Shown piece by piece: positions 1 to 12,622 of a DNA stretch of 64,000 bases. The notes beneath the pieces were generated by a model. That model did not search any database, was not told the origin of the DNA, and was given only the letters and a program-made list of their open reading frames with translations. This DNA is from Macrostomum lignano (lineage: Eukaryota), in contig NIVC01003481.1 of the NCBI GenBank assembly GCA_002269645.1, positions 1 to 64,000 of the forward strand, written 5' to 3'. The position numbers and the translations under genes are program-made. Position 1 is the stretch's first letter. Each line of letters starts with the position of its first letter.

Positions 1-500
1 GAGGGAGAGAGAGAGGGAGGGAGAGAGGGAGAGAGGGTGAGAGGGAGACAGAGGAGGGAGACAGAGAGGGAGGCAGAGAGGGAGACAGAGAGGGAGACAG
101 AGAGGGAGACAGAGAGGGAGACAGAGAGGGAGACAGAGAGGGAGACAGAGAGGGAGAGAGGGAGACAGAGAGGGAGAGGGGGGAGAGAGGGAGAGAGGGA
201 GGGAGAGAGGAGAGAGGGTGAGAGGGAGACAGAGAGGGAGAGAGGGAGGAGAGAGGGAGAGAGGTGAGAGGGAGACAGAGAGGGAGACAGAGAGGGAGAC
301 AGAGAGGGAGACAGATATTGAGACAGAGAGGGAGAGAGGGAGGGAGAAAGGAACAGGGAAGGAGAAAGAGAGGGGAACAAGGAGAGGAGAGAGGTGGATA
401 GGGCAAGAGAGAGAGGGAGAGTGAGAGGGGGAGATTTGGATAAGGAGAGAGAGGGTACGAGGGAGACAAAGGTATGACAGAGAGGTGGAGGAGAGAGAGG
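1..500. repeat. GA-rich simple repeat (GGGAGACAGAGA 12-mer core)
   Basis: Direct inspection. Confidence 0.9.
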
Positions 501-593
501 GAGAGAAGAGGTTTAAATCAACTTAGTTGGCACAGTGGCATCGAGCACAAATCAATGCCTTCGGGAGGGCTGCGGCACCCTGTCGCGACATCG

Positions 594-643
594 TCACGCA
601 GCACTAGCGCTGACGGCGGTCATTCTGCCCATTCCGCTGACTC
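594..643 (-). CDS. Candidate terminal exon of the MRL-family gene
   Basis: gtgctcag|GA acceptor in phase 1 gives (R)VSGMGRMTAVSASAA-TGA, closing a 564-aa model. No homology support and no poly(A) signal seen. Confidence 0.3.
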
Positions 644-666
644 CTGAGCACACACAAGCGCTCAGG

Positions 667-1405
667 ATGCACACGCTCACACAGGGTGCACAGCGGCCAT
701 AGCATGTACATGCACACGCTCACACAGGGTGTACAGCGGCCATAGCATGTACATGCACACGCTCACACAGGGTGTACAGCGGCCATAGCATGTACATGCA
801 CACGCTCACACAGGGTGTACAGCGGCCATAGCATGTACATGCACACGCTCACACAGGGTGTACAGCGACCATAGCATGTACATGCACACGCTCACACAGG
901 TGTACAGCGACCATAGCATTTACATGCACACGCTCACACAGGGTGTACAGCGGCCATAGCATGTACATGTGCACGCTCACACAGGGTGTACAGCGGCCAT
1001 AGCATGTACATGCACACGCTCACACAGGGTGTACAGCGGCCATAGCATGTACATGCACACGCTCACACAGGGTGAACAGCGGCCCTAGCATTTACATGCA
1101 CACGCTCACACAGGGTGTACAGCGGCCATAGCATGTACATGTGCACGCTCACACAGGGTGTACAGCGGCCATAGCATGTACATGCACACGCTCACACAGG
1201 GGTGTACAGCGGCCATAGCATGTACATGCACACGCTCACACAGGTGTGAACAGCGGCCTAGCATTTACATGCACACGCTCACACAGGGTGTACAGCGGCC
1301 ATAGCATGTACATGCACACGCTCACACAGGGTGTACAGCGGCCATAGCATGTACATGCACACGCTCACACAGGGTGTACAGCGGCCCTAGAATGTACATG
1401 TACAC
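667..1405. repeat. 43-bp minisatellite, ~17 copies
   Basis: Unit CACACAGGGTGTACAGCGGCCATAGCATGTACATGCACACGCT. Confidence 0.95.
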
Positions 1406-1987
1406 TCTTTTTGGCGCTGAGCTGCTCCGGCCTTCGGACAAAGAGAGAGTTAAAGAGATGCAGCGCGCCGGAGTGAATTGGTGATGAAAAGGGCAGTGAG
1501 GCACGGCAGACCCAGCTGCTGTTCCTCATCATCAATTAGCAGGCAGTTCACCTGCGAATTCAACCTATAATTAGCGACTCCCAAAGTCAGGCTTAATGAA
1601 GTTTTGACAAATCACTCGCCCAAAGCTGAGGCCAATGAGCAAAGGGCTCTCTGATCATCATTGATATTGCTAATCTTCTTGGTTGCTAGGGCATTGCGAC
1701 ATTCGAGTTGCATAGCAGCTGGCTGGGGGTTAAACAGAGACCCACATTTTTGCGTGCAGCTGAGTCATTGGGTGTGAATTCCGCCTGGGGCCGTTAATTT
1801 TGTTCATCTGCCTGCTGGGGTCATTCAGCCGGAACTCAGAGCATACAGAGCTTGCCTTGCAGGCCTCACAATATGCCTGTTCGGATAGCTAGACTGGCGA
1901 AATTGGGCCGGGATGGAAATGAGTCACCAAGATATTCGATAGCAGCGACCTTCAGGGCGGTGCAGCCGCCGGCCGGGTCATCACAGA

Positions 1988-2710
1988 CTCACAGTCTTCA
2001 CAGTCACAGTCATTCACAGTCAGTCATTCACAGTCAGTCATTCACAGTCACAGTCATTCACAGTCACAGTCATTCACAGTCAGTTCACAGTCACAGTCAT
2101 TCACAGTCAGTCATTCACAGTCAGTCATTCACAGTCAGTCATTCACAGTCAGTCATTCACAGTCAGTCATTCACAGTCAGTCATTCACAGTCAGTCATTC
2201 ACAGTCAGTCATTCACAGTCAGTCATTCACAGTCAGTCATTCACAGTCAGTCATTCACAGTCAGTCATTCACAGTCACAGTCATTCACAGTCAGTCATTC
2301 ACAGTCAGTCATTCACAGTCACAGTCATTCGCAGTCAGTCATTCACAGTCAGTCATTCACAGTCACAGTCATTCACAGTCAGTCATTCACAGTCACAGTC
2401 ATTCACAGTCACAGTCATTCACAGTCAGTCATTCACAGTCACAGTCATTCACAGTCAGTCATTCACAGTCAGTCATTCACAGTCACAGTCATTCACAGTC
2501 ACAGTCATTCACAGTCAGTCATTCACAGTCACAGTCATTCACAGTCAGTCATTCACAGTCAGTCATTCACAGTCACAGTCATTCACAGTCAGTCATTCAC
2601 AGTCACAGTCATTCACAGTCACATTCATTGTTCACGATCACAGTCATTCTCAGTCACAGACATTCACAATCACGACTATTTACAGTCACAGTCATTCACA
2701 GTCGCAGTCA
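1988..2710. repeat. CACAGT / CAGTCATT mixed microsatellite
   Basis: Alternating cacagt and cagtcattca subunits; explains ORF 1852-2832. Confidence 0.95.
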
Positions 2711-3319
2711 TGGGCATGATTTCTATTTTTAGCACAATCCATTTCGCTGCGTTCAGAAAAAAAGAAAGCAAGCGAGACTCAAGCAGTTTTTTCGACTCAG
2801 GAAGTGAAGGTCCGGGTGATTTAAAAGCCTAACAGGATTATAATTCTGTCCCAGATAAAGACAAACTTATAAAAATTGTGTATAGATATAATTTATTTCA
2901 TCATTTTCACAAAATCTCATGAAAACGGTATTCCATATTCTCGCATTCCTACTAACCAAAGTAGAGCAGTTGACAATTAATTCACTATGCATGCGAAAAT
3001 GTCAATGAATTCGTTATTGCTTAGTTTAGCATCTATGCAAAAATTCCTTTGAGACAAGCAGCAAAAATTAGCCAGCAAGCATCAATATTCAGCGGCTGGG
3101 TGCTCCAATCTAACATGCAAATAAAATTAAATAAATAAATAGTTTGACGTATTGCGTTGAGTAAAAGCTGAAAAAAAAGAATTTGAAAAAACCAATGACT
3201 CCCCAGTAACCCATAGTTGTAATTTTTTGGCATAAGTTTCAATAATGATCGATTTGTGTACAGGCGGGATGACCATGCTTTTGCTGGGAAACTGAGATGT
3301 AAGGAGAGAGGGAAGGTGT

Positions 3320-6195
3320 GATAAACAAGGAGAGGGAGGGTGAGAGGGAGGGCTAGAGGGAGGGAGAAAGGGAGGGTGAAAAGGGAGGGTGAGAGGGAGG
3401 GTGAGAGGAGGGTGAGAGGGAGGGTGAGAGGGAGGGTTAGAGGGAGGGAGAGAGGGAGGGTGAGGGAGGGTGAGAGGGAGGGTGAGAGGGAGGGTGAGAG
3501 GGAGGGTGAGAGGGAGGGTGAGAGGGAGGTGAGAGGAGGGTTAGAGGGAGGGAGAGAGGGAGGGTGAGAGGAGGGTGAGAGGGAGGGTGAGAGGGAGGGT
3601 GAAAGCGAGGCGAACAGCAATTTAAAAGCATTTGAGGCAAAGGATAAATATGTAAAGCGGAAAATTGCATCAAACAACTGAAAACTATTGCAACGGCAGT
3701 CGGGAATAAAAGTGGGTGTTTCACTAAGCACTCAAAACAGACAATGGAATATGAGATGTCATTTTTAATGACATGAAACTGGAGTCGGATTGCCAAGCCA
3801 AATCTTCTTCTAGAAGTGAGGCAAGGAGCTTCAAGCGCCTACTTGGCATTGGCTGACTGGTGGCGAACAGGTAGCTCAGGTGGTACTGATTGCCCGTCTG
3901 AAATTGGAGTTGTATAGGATTTTAAAACTTGTGCCAACAAAAATATTGAATGCAAAAGATGGGGAAAGAGAGAGGGGAGGGACATAGAGAGAAAGAGAGA
4001 GATGGAGAGGGAGAGGGAGAGGGAGAGAAATGGAGAGGGAGAGAGAGATGGAGAGGGAGAGGGAGAGAGAGAGGGAGAGGGAGAGGGGGAGAGAGATGGA
4101 GAAGGAGAGGGAGAGAGAGAGGGAGAGGGAGAGGGAGAGGAGAGGGAGAGGGAGAGGGAGAGGGAGAGGGATACAGGGAGAGGGAGAGAAATGGGGTAGG
4201 GAGGGAGGGAGAGAAATTGAGTAGGGAGAGATTGGAGGGAGATTGAAATGGAGACGGAGAGAGAGATGGAGACGGAGAGAGAGATGGAGAGGGAGAGGAG
4301 AGGGAGAGGGAGAGGGAGAGAGAGATGGAGAGAGGGAGAGAGAGAGGGAGAGGGGGAGAGAGATGGAGAAGGAGAGGGAGAGAGAGGGAGAGGGAGAGGG
4401 AGAGGAGAGGGAGAGGGAGAGGAGAGGGAGAGGGAGAGGGAGAGAGAAATGGGGTAGGGAGGGAGGGAGAGAAATTGAGTAGGGAGAGATTGGGAGGGAG
4501 AGATTGGGAGGGAGATTGAAATGGAGACGGAGAGAGAGATGGAGAGGGCGAGGGAGATGGAGAGGGGAGGGTAGAGTGGCAGCGGGAGAGGGAAAGGAAG
4601 AGGGAGATGGAGAGGGAGATGGAGAGGGGAAGGAGATTGAGAGGGAGGTTGAGAGGGAGACGGTGAAGTAGGGAGAGTCAGAGAGAGGTTGAGGGAGAGG
4701 CTTGTGCGAGAGAATGAGATGAACATTATCCCCAAGGCGGGATTTCCAATTGCAATAAGAGTCATGCAGTCAGAAGGGGCCAAACCCCTTTCTCGAGCAA
4801 CAACCGGAGGCACGTGATGAGGGCCTGGTCTAAATTTGGAGAAAAAACATCGATAGGAAATCTGAGACGGGAATCCTGGATGGTGGGCGCGTCTGTCCTC
4901 CTTTCGCGAAATCGCCCCACTTTGTGCCAAAAAAATATCTTTCACAACAACTCGCAGTTATCCAATTCATTACAGTTGGACCACCTGGTGCGCTAATTAA
5001 CCTGGCTCGTAAAGAAATCACAATTTTTTATGATTGAGGGATCTGACAATGAGAGCTGCTACTTATTAAATGATTTTTTCATTCGATTCATATTTCTTTA
5101 ATAATTTTTTTTCTGTATTCTTTTCGAAAGCTTGAGGTGAGATGCTTTTTTTTAATCAGAAAAAAAACATAGAGCGAATGAAGGATCTGAAGAGAGAACC
5201 TGGACTGGAATCCAGGTGGCGAGATGAAGTGGACTTCGAGATTGGAGAGATGGAGAGAGTGGAGTGAGAGAGGGTTAGCGGTAGAGAGGGAAAGAGAGGG
5301 AGATGAGGGGGAGAGGGGAAGAGGGAAAGGGAGAGAAAGAGGGAGGGGAGGGACAGAGGTAGATAGGGAGAGAGAGAGAGAGGGAGAGAGATAGAGAGGG
5401 AGAGAGGGAGAGAGGGAAATAAATGGAGTAGGGTAAAAGGGAGGGTAAGAGGGAGGGTTAGAGGGAGAGGAGAAGAGGGAGAGAAAGAGAGGGAGAGGAG
5501 AAGAAGGAGAGGCAGAGAGAAAGAGGGCGAGAGGGAGAGAAAGGGGGTAGGGAGAGAGGGAAAGAGAAAGAGGGAGAGAGGGAGAGAAATGGGGTAGGGT
5601 GAGAGGGAGAGAAATGGGGTAAGGAGAGAGGGAGAGAAATGGGGTAGGGAGAGAGGGAGAGAAATGGGTAGGGAGAGAGGGAGAGAAAGGGGTAGGGAGA
5701 GAGGGAAAGAGGGAGAAGGAGAGAGGGAGAGAAATAGGGTAGGGAGAGAGGGAGAGAAATGGGGTAGGGAGAGAGGGAGAGAAAAGGGGTAGGGAGAGAG
5801 GGAAAGAAATGGGGTAGGGAGGGAGGGAAAGAAATGGGGTAGGGAGAGAGGGAGAGAAAGGGGGTAGGGAGAGAGGGAAAGAGAAAGAGGGAGAGAGGGA
5901 GAGAAATGGGGTAGGGAGAGAGGGAAAGAGAAAGAGGGAGAGAGGGAGAGAAATTTGGTAGGGTGAGAGGGAGAGAAATGGGGTAGGGAGAGAGGGAGAG
6001 AGGGAGAGGAGAAGAAGGAGAGGCAGAGAGGGAGAGAAAGGGGGTAGGGAGAGAGGGAAAGAGGGAGAGGAGAAGAAGGAGAGGCAGAGAGGGAGAGAAA
6101 TGGGTAGGGAGAGAGGGAAAGAGGGAGAGGCAGAGAGGAGAGAAATGGGGTAGGGAGAGAGAGATGCAGAGGGAGACAGAGACGGAGGGAGAGAT
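3320..6195. repeat. Three GA-rich polypurine tracts (~3320-3600, ~3960-4690, ~5245-6195)
   Basis: GAGAGGGAGGGT, GAGAGG and GGGAGAGAAATGGGGTA-type units, separated by unique sequence that includes MRL exon 9. Confidence 0.9.
3843..3897 (-). CDS. mig-10-like: MRL-family adaptor, exon 9 (post-PH helix)
   Basis: aatttcag|ACG...CCA A|gtaggc; TGNQYHLSYLFATSQPMP continues RIAM| in the way YGKQLYMNY follows RIAK in vertebrate MRL proteins. Confidence 0.7.
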
Positions 6196-6607
6196 CTATC
6201 CTATCAGCAACCCAGTCACTGGACAAGCCCAGCCTCGGTGCTACGCCATCCAGGCATAAAAGCCATAAAATTACAACTCAGCTCTGCAGAAGGAACTGAA
6301 ATATGGCCGCAGTCTTTCTGAGGAAAATCCTTTGCATGGAGTTTTTGCCATTCCGTGTTCTTAATCGCCTGTGCAGTTGGGCGAACTGATCGGGCCAGTG
6401 GATCGGAATTGCGCCGCGCAGGAAGGGTGGGGTGGGGGTTGGACTAATTAGGCCAATTATCATCGGCAGGTGCAGAAGCACTTATCGATAGGCAGGCCCC
6501 CCGCTAGCAATTTATGTTTAATCTCTAATTAGACGTCTTGCGTTCAATTTTCAGGCTTGTGCTTAAGTTTTCAGTTGACTCTCCCCCCTAGGTAAAATCA
6601 TGGATCC

Positions 6608-6781
6608 GGGCATGTACATTCCAGTGGGCATGTACATTCCAGTGGGCATGTACATTCCAGTGGGCATGTACATTCCAGTGGGCATGTACATTCCAGTGGG
6701 CATGTACATTCCAGTGGGCATGTACATTCCAGTGGGCATGTACATTCCAGTGGGCATGTACATTCCAGTGGGCATGTACAT
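6608..6781. repeat. 18-bp minisatellite, ~9.5 perfect copies
   Basis: Unit GGCATGTACATTCCAGTG; ends just before SINE copy 1. Confidence 0.97.
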
Positions 6782-6792
6782 ACTCTGTGCCT

Positions 6793-7040
6793 GGCTGTAG
6801 CCGAGTGGTCAGAGCTTCGGACTCACGACTTGAAGGTCGGGGGTTCGATTCCCGATCCCACTCGGAACATTTGTATCATTGAGCAAGACACCTAACTCTG
6901 CATGGCTTCAGTTCACCCAGATGTAAAATGGGTGCTGAACAGCCGCACGCAGCCTTCAGATGCGCCGCGCAATAGCCGCGGCTGAGCTGTCGGTTGCACA
7001 TCTGGCCCAATTGGGGCAGGTGTAATCAACCATTATTAAT
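6793..7040 (+). mobile_element. tRNA-derived SINE with CORE-like domain, copy 1
   Basis: A box TAGCCGAGTGG (6798-6808), B box GGTTCGATTCC (6842-6852), CORE-like ttgagcaagacacctaac...cttcagttcacccagatgtaaaatggg, 3' segment shared with copy 2, attattaat tail. Confidence 0.8.
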
Positions 7041-7133
7041 TTAGTGAACATGCAAGTGTACATTAGAAAGTCAAGGCCACTGCGCTCAGGGGTCAGCGCA
7101 ACAGATTTCACCCCACAGCTCCCGGCTCCTCAC

Positions 7134-7235
7134 CATGGCGATCCTCAGCGCGGTGCACCAGCGCTTCATCGACGCTTCGTTGGCGGCAGCGAAGAAGTGA
7201 ATTTGCTTTGACTGCAGACTGTGCGTTTGCAGGGC
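7134..7235 (-). CDS. mig-10-like: MRL-family adaptor, exon 8 (PH C-terminal strand and helix)
   Basis: ccgcag|GCC...ATG|gtgagg; ALQTHSLQSKQIHFFAAANEASMKRWCTALRIAM contains the conserved PH helix W...LRIA. Confidence 0.9.
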
Positions 7236-7294
7236 CTGCGGTGGAGAACAGGGTGGGTGTGAGAGCACTTTGCTCATTTCGAGTTGGGTCATGG

Positions 7295-7560
7295 ATCTTG
7301 GTCATTGGTCTAATCTGGTCATTGATCTAATCTGGTCATTGGTCTAATCTGGTCATTGGTCTAATCTGGTCATTGGTCTAATCTAGTCATTGATCCAATC
7401 TGGTCATTAATCTAATCTGGTCATTGATCTAATCTTTGGTCATTGATCTAATCATTGGTCATTGATCTAATCTTTGGTCATTGATCTAATCATTGGTCAT
7501 TGATCTAATCTTTGGTCATTGATCTAATCTGGTCATTGATCCAATCTGGTCATTGATTAG
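7295..7560. repeat. 17-19-bp minisatellite
   Basis: Unit TGGTCATTGATCTAATC. Confidence 0.93.
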
Positions 7561-7597
7561 AATGAGCAACATCAAAGCATCAAAGCGGCAGGGTCAC

Positions 7598-7708
7598 CTT
7601 CAGCGCAAAGCCGTGAGGTGTGGGAGCCTCAATCTTTCCTTTTGAAGTCCAGCCGCCCAGCGTGGTGAACAGGTGGTAACCGGAGAGGCTGGTGACGCAT
7701 TTCAGCTC
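7598..7708 (-). CDS. mig-10-like: MRL-family adaptor, exon 7 (PH domain middle)
   Basis: ctgcag|GAG...AAG|gtgacc; ELKCVTSLSGYHLFTTLGGWTSKGKIEAPTPHGFALK (compare the KAPT..CF.LK motif of MRL/Grb7 PH domains), phase 0/0. Confidence 0.9.
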
Positions 7709-7839
7709 CTGCAGGGGGCGGCGTTATTTAGCCATAAATCATTTTATTAACTCATTACGATTTCCATGATGCTATTCAATCTAATCATGAACTATACAAA
7801 ATTCTGGTCATAGGGTCACAAACTGGTCATAAGACTCAC

Positions 7840-7977
7840 CGATTTGCCTTTCTTCACAGCGTAAATGCCGGAGCTGCGGAGGATGCACAGCCGTTTCTTC
7901 CACGACTTCGTGCCGGCCAGGCGAACGTGGAGCGTGTCCTTGATGGGCGGAGCGCTGCCCTCGCCTTCGAACAGGTC
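7840..7977 (-). CDS. mig-10-like: MRL-family adaptor, exon 6 (PH domain start)
   Basis: cag|GAC...TCG|gtgagt; [46 protein letters not shown] matches the MRL PH motif KSWKKRYFLLRASGIYY..KGK. Confidence 0.93.
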
Positions 7978-8004
7978 CTGGGGTGGCGAGTGTGCAGTCT
8001 GTCT

Positions 8005-8012
8005 GCATATCC

Positions 8013-8055
<43 letters not shown>

Positions 8056-8103
8056 ATCTATCTGTCTATCTATCTATCGATCTATCTATCTATCTATCTA
8101 TCC

Positions 8104-8185
<82 letters not shown>

Positions 8186-8186
8186 A

Positions 8187-8237
<51 letters not shown>
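8005..8237. repeat. (TATC)n microsatellite
   Basis: Direct inspection. Confidence 0.97.
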
Positions 8238-8714
8238 TCTCTAATTGGCACATTGCCAGGTGTCAGATAGATATCGATATCTTGTGTCGCAATCAATATT
8301 GTCGAGTGGGCAAAGTTTTGAAAGTTTTATTACATCACGTGACCCGTCAAGACTACTGGGGGGCATTTGAATAACTTCAATATTGATAAGCCCGAGCGGC
8401 TATGCGCGTGCCGACTGAGCCCCCAATCTGTCCATCTACCTCGCACAGCTGTTGCGGTGGCAGATGGCTTCAGCCCCAGCTATCAGTTGAGCTCCGCCTC
8501 TTCCCAAGAACAAAAAAGTTGCCCCAAGACTTCAACAGCCCTCTTGAAGTTGAGATTTTTATCATCTCGGCGACTGACTTTGATCGTTAAGCATCTGGGA
8601 CAAAACAGCAGGGATATCTAAAGCTTCCTTTATGCGTTTTCCCAGATATCCCAAATTTGGGATTTTCCTAGCTGCTGTTTCCGTGATCTCTTTTTTTATC
8701 TTGAAGCTCCCGTA

Positions 8715-9345
8715 CCAGTGACCAATAATTTGGGGATTTTTAGGATTCCATGTCAGTGATCCCTAATATGGGGATTTTTTAGGATTCAATGTCAGTGATC
8801 CCTAATTTGGGGATTTTCTATAATTCCATGTCAGTGATCCCTAATTTGGGGATTTTCTAGGATTCCATGTCAGTGATCCCTAATTTGGGGATTTTCTAGG
8901 ATTCCATGTCAGTGATCCCTAATTTGGGGATTTTTAAGGATTCCATGTCAGTGATCCCTAATATGGGGATTTTTTAGGATTCCATGTCAGTGATCCCTAA
9001 TTTGGGGATTTTTAAGGATTCCATGTCAGTGATCCCTAATATGGGGATTTTTTAGGATTCCATGTCAGTGATCCCTAACTTGGGGATTTTTTAGGATTCC
9101 ATGTCAGTGATCCCTAACTTGGGGATTTTTTAGGATTCCATGTCAGTGATCCCTAATTTGGGGATTTTCTATGATTCCATGTCAGTGATCCCTAATTTGG
9201 GGATTTTCTAGGATTCCATGTCAGTGATCCCTAATTTGTGGATTTTCTATCATTCCATGTCAGTGATCCCTAATTTGGGATTCCGGAAGCTCCTAAAAGG
9301 AAGCTTCCAAAAGGAAGCTCCCAGGTCAGTGATCCCTAATTTGGG
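8715..9345. repeat. 39-bp minisatellite
   Basis: Unit CCATGTCAGTGATCCCTAATTTGGGGATTTTCTAGGATT (recurs at 8826, 8865). Confidence 0.95.
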
Positions 9346-9556
9346 AATTTTCAACGTTTTCATATCCTTGATCCCAAAAATGGTTCCATCCGTTGTTCTG
9401 GTCAGTCAGTCTTCGATGGCAGATATGAGTAATTTCCGATTTAACTTCGTGTACTTTATCCCAAAGCTAACAATCCATTCTATTTCGTGTTTCTGCTCTC
9501 CAATCCTTATGGATCCCTAAAAAAGTTAAGCTGTCAGGCGTAATGAGCTGACTCAC

Positions 9557-9628
9557 ATTGATGACCCTGCTCATCTGCTGCTGGGTGGACTCGCCTCTCT
9601 CCCTTGTGAAGGTGCCGCCCAGGTAGAC
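9557..9628 (-). CDS. mig-10-like: MRL-family adaptor, exon 5 (RA-PH linker)
   Basis: ttttgaag|GTC...AAT|gtgagt; VYLGGTFTRERGESTQQQMSRVIN, phase 0/0, follows an 85-nt intron. Confidence 0.85.
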
Positions 9629-9713
9629 CTTCAAAAATTGGAGGCAAATAAGGGAAATTTTGATGTTCACAATTTTCTTTCAGAGGACTAATAATATTTC
9701 CTGAGCAGCTCAC

Positions 9714-9835
9714 ATCCGGGTTGGTCAGCGCTCCGAACTTCTCTTCGCGCTCCTCGAAGAACAGCAAATTTTTGGAGTTGGCCGGCCAAGCCAGTAAGGT
9801 GTCGCCCAGCAACTCATGATCTTCAATTATCCTCT
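9714..9835 (-). CDS. mig-10-like: MRL-family adaptor, exon 4 (RA domain C-half)
   Basis: cgcag|AG (phase 1, forms GAG with exon 3); (E)RIIEDHELLGDTLLAWPANSKNLLFFEEREEKFGALTNPD|gtgag carries the EDHE...W...F..REEK...NP signature of MRL/Grb7 RA domains. Confidence 0.92.
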
Positions 9836-10047
9836 CTGCGGGTGGGGAGGGTGAGGGAGTGCGAGAGTCTAGAGAGGGTAAACGAAGAGTCTAGATAGGG
9901 TAAAGGAAGAGTCTAGAGAGAGTAAAGGAGAGTCTGGAGTGGGCAAAGGGAGAGTCTAGAGAGGGTAAAGGGAGAGTCTGGAGAGGGCAAAGGAGAGTCT
10001 GGAGAGGGCAAAGGACACCGGAACCGAGGCGCAGAAGTGCTGGGCCT

Positions 10048-10392
10048 TCTGTGAGGGTATCTCTGTGAGGGTATCTCTGTGAGGGTATCTCTGTGAGGGT
10101 ATCTCTGTGAGGGTATCTCTGTGAGGGTATCTCTGTGAGGGTATCTCTGTGAGGGTATCTCTGTGAGGGTATCTCTGTGAGGGTATCTCTGTGAGGGTAT
10201 CTCTGTGAGGGTATCTCTGTGAGGGTATCTCTGTGAGGGTATCTCTGTGAGGGTATCTCTGTGAGGGTATCTCTGTGAGGGTATCTCTGTGAGGGTATCT
10301 CTGTGAGGGTATCTCTGTGAGGGTATCTCTGTGAGGGTATCTCTGTGAGGGTATCTCTGTGAGGGTATCTCTGTGAGGGTATCTCTGTGAGG
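10048..10392. repeat. 14-bp minisatellite, ~24 perfect copies
   Basis: Unit GAGGGTATCTCTGT; preceded by a degenerate GA-rich tract at ~9860-10015. Confidence 0.97.
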
Positions 10393-10854
10393 AAGTTGAG
10401 AATGGCAGGGATTTAAGCCTGGTAAGCAAATGTGCGAAAAAATACTTAAACTCTCATTGTAAAGGAGCTGAGACAAAACTCCCAATAAAGTCCGGACTGT
10501 TTCAATCACAATTCCGATTTATCATTCACGCATCACACCGACCGAACCGATCAAACTCGAGAATGGCCAGGGTCTGCAGGGTGTAATTATCATGGGCAAT
10601 TACCCAGTAATTGGCTGTGGACTAAAGACAGTTTTGGTGACTGGCAGAGGCGCCACTCAGTGGGGGTGTCAAGGTTTTTCGGTTCTAATCTTTCCATATA
10701 AATCCTGGCGGCAATGCCCTGAAGGGAGATGATTTATGAGCATAAATAGAACTCGGCTGAGTAAACTGCACAGGGATTGAAGTTCTGGGGGTGAACAGTT
10801 GGTAAGAAGACAGACACTTGAGCATAATCGAGGTTGAAGTTAGAGTAGAGACCT

Positions 10855-11370
10855 GAGAGTAGACTAGGTAGACACCTGAGGGTAGATTAGGTAGACACTT
10901 GAGAGTAGATTAGGTAGACATCTGAGACTGAGAGTAGATTAGGTAGACACCTGAGGGTAGAGACGCAGATACCCCGAGGGTAGAGACGCAGACACCCGAG
11001 GGTAGAGGCGCAGACACCCCGAGGGTAGAGCCGCAGATACCCGAGGGTAGAGCCGTACACACCCCGAGGGTAGAGGCGCAGGCACCCGAGGGTAGAGACG
11101 CAGACACCCCGAGGGTAGAGCCGTACACACCCCGAGGGTAGAGGCGCAGGCACCCGAGGGTAGAGACGCTGACACCCCGAGGGTAGAGGCGCAGACACCC
11201 CGAGGGTAGAGCCGCAGATACCCCGAGGGTAGAGCCGTACACACCCCGAGGGTAGAGGCGCAGGCACCCGAGGGTAGAGACGCAGACACCCCGAGGGTAG
11301 AGCCGTACACACCCCGAGGGTAGAGGCGCAGGCACCCGAGGGTAGAGACGCTGACACCCCGAGGGTAGAG
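10855..11370. repeat. ~21-23-bp minisatellite
   Basis: Units of type GAGGGTAGAG(G/A/C)CGCAGACACCCC. Confidence 0.93.
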
Positions 11371-11384
11371 GGCAGGTCACCAAC

Positions 11385-11544
11385 CCATTTTCATGTCCGG
11401 CAGCTTCTCCACAATGCAGTGGTTCAGGCGCCTGTCAGCCAGGCTCTTGTTGGCCATCATGGTGCAGACCAGGCCAGTTTTGGATCTCTCATCAAGAGCC
11501 AGCATTTTCGTCGTTCGATCCAAGCAGTGGATCCGCACGGCCAT
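11385..11544 (-). CDS. mig-10-like: MRL-family adaptor, exon 3 (RA domain N-half)
   Basis: ctgcag|ATG...ATG G|gttggt; MAVRIHCLDRTTKMLALDERSKTGLVCTMMANKSLADRRLNHCIVEKLPDMKM resembles the RIAM/lamellipodin RA domain as recalled (VVKVHMNDNSTKSLMVDERQ...WCLYEIYPEL). Confidence 0.9.
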
Positions 11545-11932
11545 CTGCAGAGGTGGAGGGGAACATTGTTGGCTCCTAGTTGCAATACACCGAACTTGCT
11601 TGCTGCAGTTTCCAAGAAATAAACATTTCATGCTTGCGTTTCTGTAGCAAGTATCAAATTTATAAAATATGCCTTTATTTATGCGGGAATGCTAAGTATG
11701 TTGCAGACTGCGAAACAGAAATTCCATATCTTTTGTAAACATCTGCTTTAAAGCAGTTGATACGAACCAGGTTGAATCAGTTCAGGAAATTTGGGGTGAA
11801 ATTCTGCCTCCATTAAAGATTTGTGCCATTCGATGTGAAAGGATTTTGAAACTTTAGCATTTATACTGAAGTAGCATCCTTTTACAGTGCCACTTTACAG
11901 CCTAATGTGTCCCCTTCTTAGTGCCACTTTGC

Positions 11933-12582
11933 AGCCTAATGCATATGCCTCTAGATGCCATTCTGTAGCCTAATGCATATGCCTCTAGATGCCATTCTGT
12001 AACCTAATGCATATGCCTCTAGATGCCATTCTGTAACCTAATGCATATGCCTCTAGATGCCATTCTGTAACCTAATGCATATGCCTCTAGATGCCATTCT
12101 GTAGCCTAATGCATATGCCTCTAGATGCCATTCTGTAACCTAATGCATATGCCTCTAGATGCCATTCTGTAGCCTAATGCATATGCCTCTAGATGCCATT
12201 CTGTAGCCTAATGCATATGCCTCTAGATGCCATTCTGTAACCTAATGCATATGCCTCTAGATGCCATTCTGTAGCCTAATGCATATGTCTCTAGATGCCA
12301 TTCTGTAGCCTAATGCATATGCCTCTAGATGCCATTCTGTAACCTAATGCATATGCCTCTAGATGCCATTCTGTAGCCTAATGCATATGCCTCTAGATGC
12401 CATTCTGTAACCTAATGCATATGCCTCTAGATGCCATTCTGTAACCTAATGCATATGCCTCTAGATGCCATTCTGTAACCTAATGCATATGCCTCTAGAT
12501 GCCATTCTGTAGCCTAATGCATATGCCTCTAGATGCCATTCTGTAACCTAATGCATATGCCTCTAGATGCCATTCTGTAACC
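11933..12582. repeat. 34-bp minisatellite, ~19 copies
   Basis: Unit GCCTCTAGATGCCATTCTGTA(G/A)CCTAATGCATAT. Confidence 0.97.
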
Positions 12583-12622
12583 CAGTGTGCAGCCTGTGAC
12601 CCCAGTGAGTCCGGCGCCTCAC

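Noticed and set aside
1406-1435. Possible micro-exon of the MRL gene (RSSSAPKR)
   Set aside because: Weak donor (A|gtgtac), no homology, and not needed for a phase-consistent model.
1852-2832. 326-aa His/Ser-rich ORF and the other repeat-derived ORFs (YLSI, GA-rich, SVTN types)
   Set aside because: Each coincides exactly with a micro/minisatellite.
6608-6781. p53-like half sites (GGGCATGTAC) in the 18-mer
   Set aside because: One mismatch to RRRCWWGYYY and no properly paired second half site; chance similarity is likely.
6793-6865. Functional tRNA gene
   Set aside because: Acceptor stem does not pair; followed by CORE-like and shared 3' segments, so it is a SINE head (same for ~41300-41370).
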